Shown here in pieces: positions 51,101-56,049 of a stretch of DNA of 56,049 nt. Origin of the DNA: Intoshia linei (taxonomy: Eukaryota > Animalia > Orthonectida); assembly GCA_001642005.1 (NCBI GenBank), contig LWCA01000092.1:1-56049 (forward strand), in the 5' to 3' direction. Positions within the stretch are counted from its first letter, which is position 1. Every line of letters starts with the position of its first letter. Below the pieces are notes generated by a model. The model was not told the origin of the DNA, did no database searches, and was given only the letters and a program-made list of their open reading frames with translations. The position numbers were made by a program, and so were the translations under genes.

Positions 51101-54100
51101 CTATCACTTTTTCAGTGCCAATGTTTACAGTGTATGGGCTTTTTGGTATATGTGTCGTACCACTCAACACCGTAACAGTATATTCACCCGTTTCTTTATA
51201 TTTTGGTTGGATTACAAATATATCGTTTAATACGGATCTTTTCAATCCCAAATACGACAAACAGTGCTTAATCAGATTAAACGAGTGTCTTAATTTGATT
51301 GCTTCATATACTGTTTCTTTATTACCATTTACAACTTTACATGTCAAATTTACATTTCCACCTTTAGATGAATCTACATAAATGTTACAGTCTGTGTCGT
51401 TTATACTTAACCCATCTTTTAATATACCACGTCCGAATATTTTAATCAGATTTGGATTGAAATCTAAATATCAATTAGAATATTGAAAATGTACTATATA
51501 TTACAGGATGATGAAGCATCAACGTCAACAACATATGGAGTTGGAGTTAATATAACCTTTCCATGGTTTATGTCAATTTTTATTATTCCAGATTGTTCCG
51601 GTGTATAAGTTAAAGTATGAATTTTCTTTTCGGGATCATATGCACCTGTAACCTAATTTAAAAAAATTATAAAAATATAATAAAATAATCTAAGCTAACA
51701 ATTTAACAATTAATAAATATTAATCTAATAATGTAATAAATCTATATTAATTTTAATATAAATAGGGTTGTCAAATATACTTGGCGTCAAGAAAAAAAAT
51801 TAATTCAAATGTTAAAACAAATCATGGCACACAAACTAGGATTTTTGGGCTAAGAATAAATTTTTTTATTTTTACAACATAAATTAAAACGTTCACCATA
51901 GTTACTTTAACGTTCATATTAAGTAAAAAATAGGATTAAAAATTATAATTTGTATATAGGCCTATAATATTACTGTTATATGTATTTTAATTTCTTGTGA
52001 ATTTTATAACAGTGTCAATTTTTTTTATTTTACAATTATTAAAATCAATATACCACAATGATATCATTTTTCATATTTTTGATGGATACGTTCAGTAATG
52101 TATCATCATAATTTTTTTCTTGTGGTGCAATTTTAACATAAAATGTTGTTTCCATTCCCATCCATATTTTATCTTCATTAGCATATTTTTGAATGCCCAC
52201 TCCTGCGCCATAAATGGTTACATTTTCAGGGTTTATCATTTTGTAAATTGGAGCATCATCTGCTAACACGGCAAATTTGAATTGCACCAAATATGTCATT
52301 AAGCTAAGTTTATCTACATTGGGTTGGACTAAATCTTCAGGTTGCATGAGCTAGATTTTATTAAATTTTTTTATTTTCAAGCAACCTTTTTAACAGCCAA
52401 ATATTTATCAGCCAAATCCATGGCTGTAACAGTTATTTCTAACGGAGTATTTTTACTTTTGTCATAATCGAGATATAATCCTAAATATATTTATTTTTAA
52501 ATACGAAACCACGAGGCGCACATTATGAATAAAAACTAAGAAAGTAGTAATAAATTAGATTTGACTTAGACCAGTGGTTCCCGATTCAGATAGTGTACGG
52601 TCCACCATTTCAAAATATTAAGTTTTTTGGACCCCAAAAGAAACATGAAATATAAAACATTTATGAAAACATGGTTTTTTAAAGTTTTTTTTTCAAAAGA
52701 TTTAATATAATAGGATTTTTTATTTTGGGTTTTGGATGAGTAAGTTATTGCTTATAAGATTTGGTAAAATTGGATTTTGAAAAAAAATATTGGAAAAAAA
52801 GAATATTTCCCTTAAGCATTGGTAAAATTGGATTTTTATTTTGGAGTTGGAATAATAAGTTTTTTTTAAAAGATTTGATAAAATTGGAAAAATGGAATTT
52901 TTCACCTGAAGGGTTTAAAATTGTGTTTTTTTAATGGTGAGATAAAAGTGGAATAAAATTGGGGTTTTTGAAATAATCATGTAGCGGTCGTCTAGGCTTT
53001 GGGATAAATTCCCAACATCTGGCAAATCTGTAATAAATATTAAAAATTATCCTATATAAATTAATAAAAGTTTTGTAAAATGGTGGCCTAATTTTTTCAA
53101 ATTGAGCATTCAAAAAATAATATTTATTTTGTGTGTTAAATTTAAAATGTCAAGTTTATGTCATATCACCAAATATTTAAGATAATATATATTTTTATAT
53201 TTTATTTAAATCTCACGGACCTCAGGAATATAGTTTTGAAACCTCATGGGTCCAGGGACCCTAATCGGGAACCAATGATTTAGACTATCTTTGTCTTTGA
53301 CTAGCATTCTGTATGGCCTAATTTCTTCAAGTATCTTTATTTATAAAGTAATATTTAAAGGTGGACAGTTCAAATAACTTGGGGTCGTTCACTAATGACC
53401 ACAGGGCACAAAAAATGTTAAGTTCAATTGCATTTCATTACAATTCATAATAATTTAAATGAAAATATCCGCGAAGATTAGATAATATTCTAAAGGTGCC
53501 GCCTGAGTCATATTTTGTAGGATATATGTCTAGCATTTTCCTTATGGACATTTCTAATTACTCAAATAAGAAAGCAAAAAAATAACCTGGTGCGGTATTG
53601 TTAACCATTTTAGCTATTCTATGTCCATCTTCCCATCCTAGAATTAAATAAATATAGTATAAACACCAAAACATTTACCTTTTGAAATATCAGGAATTTT
53701 TTCATTTAAAACAGATCCAATCCAATTGATAAGTTTTTGTTGTGATGTCATTTTTTCGGAAGATTTTTTTTTTTTTTCTATGTTGTCATCAACGTCGTCA
53801 AATTCTAATTGTTGAATTTGATAATGTAAAATTAATTTCCAGATAAACCCTAATACCAATTTTTTGTCAACCTCCAAAAGTGCTTTACTATCTATTTAAA
53901 CATATTAATAAAAAAAGATGTATGATAATGTATTCATATATTCAAATACCTATAGATTCAAAAGTAACCCCATCCTTGTTGAAATGTTTCAGAGCAATGG
54001 AAATGTTATCAAGTTTTTGATTAACCATTCGAGATCGTTTATTATACCTTGTAATCTTTTTTTTAGACAAAGCCTCATATAATTTAATCACAATCATGTC

Positions 54101-54394
54101 ATTAAAGTCTGTTGATAAGTCATTCAACTGATATCCACTATCAATTAAACAGTTTCGTATCCATGCTGTAAATGTTCTCCTTTGCACACTTACCCAATCA
54201 TTTGAATTATCTAATAGATTTAATTAATAATAGCTAATTAATCAACCAATTACTAAACTAATTTTATCAATAAAATTCACTTTTTCAAAATTCGCAACAG
54301 ATAATTAAAAACAATAAAAATATAAAAACCATTTCTTCTAAATTACCTGTGACATATGTTTAACTTTTAGCGCTTTTTTAATTTTATATTCCAT
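45122..54394 (-). CDS. Filamin-like paralog 2, C-terminally truncated (about 1,620 aa) or 5' half of a fused filamin gene
   Basis: Approximate exons 54210-53950, 53891-53679, 53637-53587, 52480-52386, 52350-52053, 51652-51505, 51463-49459, 49421-49227, 46757-46188, 46136-45122. Collinear with the downstream filamin (QRRTFTAW, MVNQKLDNISIAL, QPNVDKLSL, DKIRCD, YGPGI.RAIAGY). The first exon (ATG 54394) is not in phase as assembled. Confidence 0.88.
46972..47600 (+). repeat. Dispersed TIR-less repeat family copy (Helitron/DINE-like, tentative)
   Basis: Collinear with 22429-23060, for example gtcttagaa...ataaag.ccaca, tatacgctgatacggat and aataagtgacga.ttcacg. Confidence 0.75.
47667..48051. mobile_element. 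hAT-Charlie-like MITE (CAGTGGTTCCCGAT family), shorter copy
   Basis: cagtgattttcgat ... atcggaaaccactg; flanks tcttagat / tcttaaat; collinear with 52572-53277. Confidence 0.85.
48120..48711. mobile_element. hAT-Charlie-like MITE
   Basis: taggggtgtca ... tgacacccctt; flanks ctattaac / ctcttaac. Confidence 0.8.
52572..53277. mobile_element. hAT-Charlie-like MITE (CAGTGGTTCCCGAT family), longer copy
   Basis: TIR cagtggttcccgatt / aatcgggaaccaatg (14/15); flanks acttagac / atttagac. Confidence 0.9.
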
Positions 54395-54804
54395 ATCAAT
54401 CAAAAAATATTAAATAGTGTATATTCATTCAAGTATTGACTTTGGCGCAATTTTATTAGATAAAGTCAGACAGGTAATATTTATTTGTTATATTATTTCA
54501 AACCAAAATATATTACTCTCTAAAAATAGTAAGGTCACAATATAATTTATTTCATTGTATTTTATTAATTATTATTTATAATCTACTTTCATCCCGATAA
54601 AATTTTAGTCATCAATCAAACATGTATAGATGCATGACTTGTAAATCATTAGGCAACATTATTATAAACCAATATGCAAGTTAATGATGTGGTTAGTGGA
54701 TTAAATTTAATGGTTGTTCAAATAACATTTAAATACACACCTTAATTTAACTAACGTATTGTACTTCTACAAGTCAATAAAATTTAAATAAGTTTATTGT
54801 TTAG

Positions 54805-56049
54805 TTACAATTTCCAAAAATAATAAAATTTTTGGAAATGAAATAAATAATATTTATACAGCAAACATTTATGACAACTGTATACTATTTGACGATTTGA
54901 ATGATTCCCACATATTCTTTTATTGCAACCACAGCAAATACGAGGTGTTGAATTTTTGCAATTTTGTGAGCAAATACCATATTTAGGAAAGTATGAATTT
55001 GTAAATGAAGGGATATCAAATTTAATTCTACAAGTTAGCATTGCATCAATTATATCCTTATGAAACCCACCTACTGGCAATGATCTGTGTTGCATGTGAT
55101 CCATAACTAATTCCATTCCAAAATTTTACATGAATTCATAACGTTTGTGTCGATGATGAACTTTATTAAATTTGTATAAAACAGGAATTAATGCAGGCGA
55201 TATTTATAGTGTTCATAAAATAAGAATATGGCCATCTTCTGGTTTTACGCTGCACAGAATAACTTTGACACAACTGATCTACTGTGTCTACCCCGCATTT
55301 TGATTTATTGTAATATAAAATAGACCTAGGCTTTTTGGAATCAGCATCTATACATCCTTTCACGTGTAAAGTTGACACTAACAATACTTGTTTATTTTTT
55401 TGGGAAGATATGATACAAGTGTTACAATATTTGAATAGAAAAATTTGATAGATGGGATAATTAAATGTTTTGTATTTGATATTTCAATTGGTAAATCACA
55501 TTTGTTTTTTCGATTTGTTCCAATGTATTGTAAATTATTTTCACATAAATACTTAATAGACTCAAAATTAGAAAAAAAATTATCACCAGTTACTGTCCTA
55601 CAAGAAAATAAAATAGTTTTAGTTATAATTGATACAATATATGGAGCAGTTAACTTTTCAGACGCTATCAATGATTTATCTAAATATGGTAAACCGTCAA
55701 ATGTATATTTTGATAACAATTAAAAACAATTTCATTCCGTAACGTGCTGCTTTCATTGGCATATACACACGAAATTTTACACAACCTCTAAATGGAATGA
55801 GTTGTTCGTCAATTACAACATTTTCACCAAATATAAATGATTTTCGACAATTTTCAATAAATACCTCCCGTATATTACGAAACGCAGCAAATTTATCATT
55901 TTTATTTCTTGTTTGTACATCAAATCTTAAATTTGTCGAAATGTCCCTAAATCTATTTAAAAACATCGTTGCTCTGAATACTCTGAATGTCTCTTCCAAG
56001 AAGCCCACATTTCCACATCATGGTAGCATTTTCCTTACTACTTTTGCAT
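54805..56049 (-). pseudogene. piggyBac transposase pseudogene (PGBD4-like), runs off the window end
   Basis: Four consecutive broken ORFs carry VIDEQLIPFRG...YMPMKAARYGMK, TGDNFFS...IGTNRKNK, YNKSKCGVDTVDQ...KTRRWP and a C-terminal Cys-rich domain; frameshifts and stops separate them. Confidence 0.93.

Noticed and set aside
5653-51381. Many antisense or alternative-frame ORFs in the track (for example 5653-5952, 16027-16380, 29798-30106, 32492-32975, 51022-51381)
   Set aside because: They are shadows of real exons or of AT-rich repeats, with low complexity and no recognisable motifs.
54805-56049. Domesticated piggyBac gene or programmed frameshifting
   Set aside because: Several independent breaks with no intron or slippery-site pattern and no intact TTAA-CCC end seen; decay is the simpler explanation.

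Overview
AT-rich eukaryotic (metazoan-like) genomic DNA with GT-AG spliceosomal introns of two size classes: very small (about 33-55 bp) and large (0.2-2.5 kb), the large ones filled with non-autonomous DNA transposons. The tiny introns and strongly diverged proteins resemble a reduced, fast-evolving animal such as an orthonectid-like parasite; this is inference only. Seven multi-exon genes were reconstructed by hand: PAXBP1/GCFC2-like (+), a P5B ATPase of ATP13A3 type (-), the mitochondrial CoA carrier SLC25A16 (+), cytochrome c (-), ZRANB2 (+), and two head-to-tail filamin paralogs (-). There are also piggyBac, hAT, pogo and Tc1/IS630 transposase remnants and more than a dozen MITEs, most with recognisable TIRs and TSDs. 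Main findings: (1) the upstream filamin stops at an Ig-repeat boundary on a phase-1 donor that can splice in frame into exon 2 of the downstream filamin, which could give a ~3,950-aa filamin with two actin-binding domains; (2) cytochrome c carries natural K72A/K73A/K25P/K39Q changes at the Apaf-1-activating surface; (3) the P5B ATPase has lost most of the aromatic polyamine-binding residues and has PPSMP for PPALP; (4) ZRANB2 has almost no RS domain; (5) the filamin paralogs show reciprocal intron gain/loss; (6) convergent genes end only 34-39 bp apart. Residue numbering of reference proteins is from memory and needs checking.
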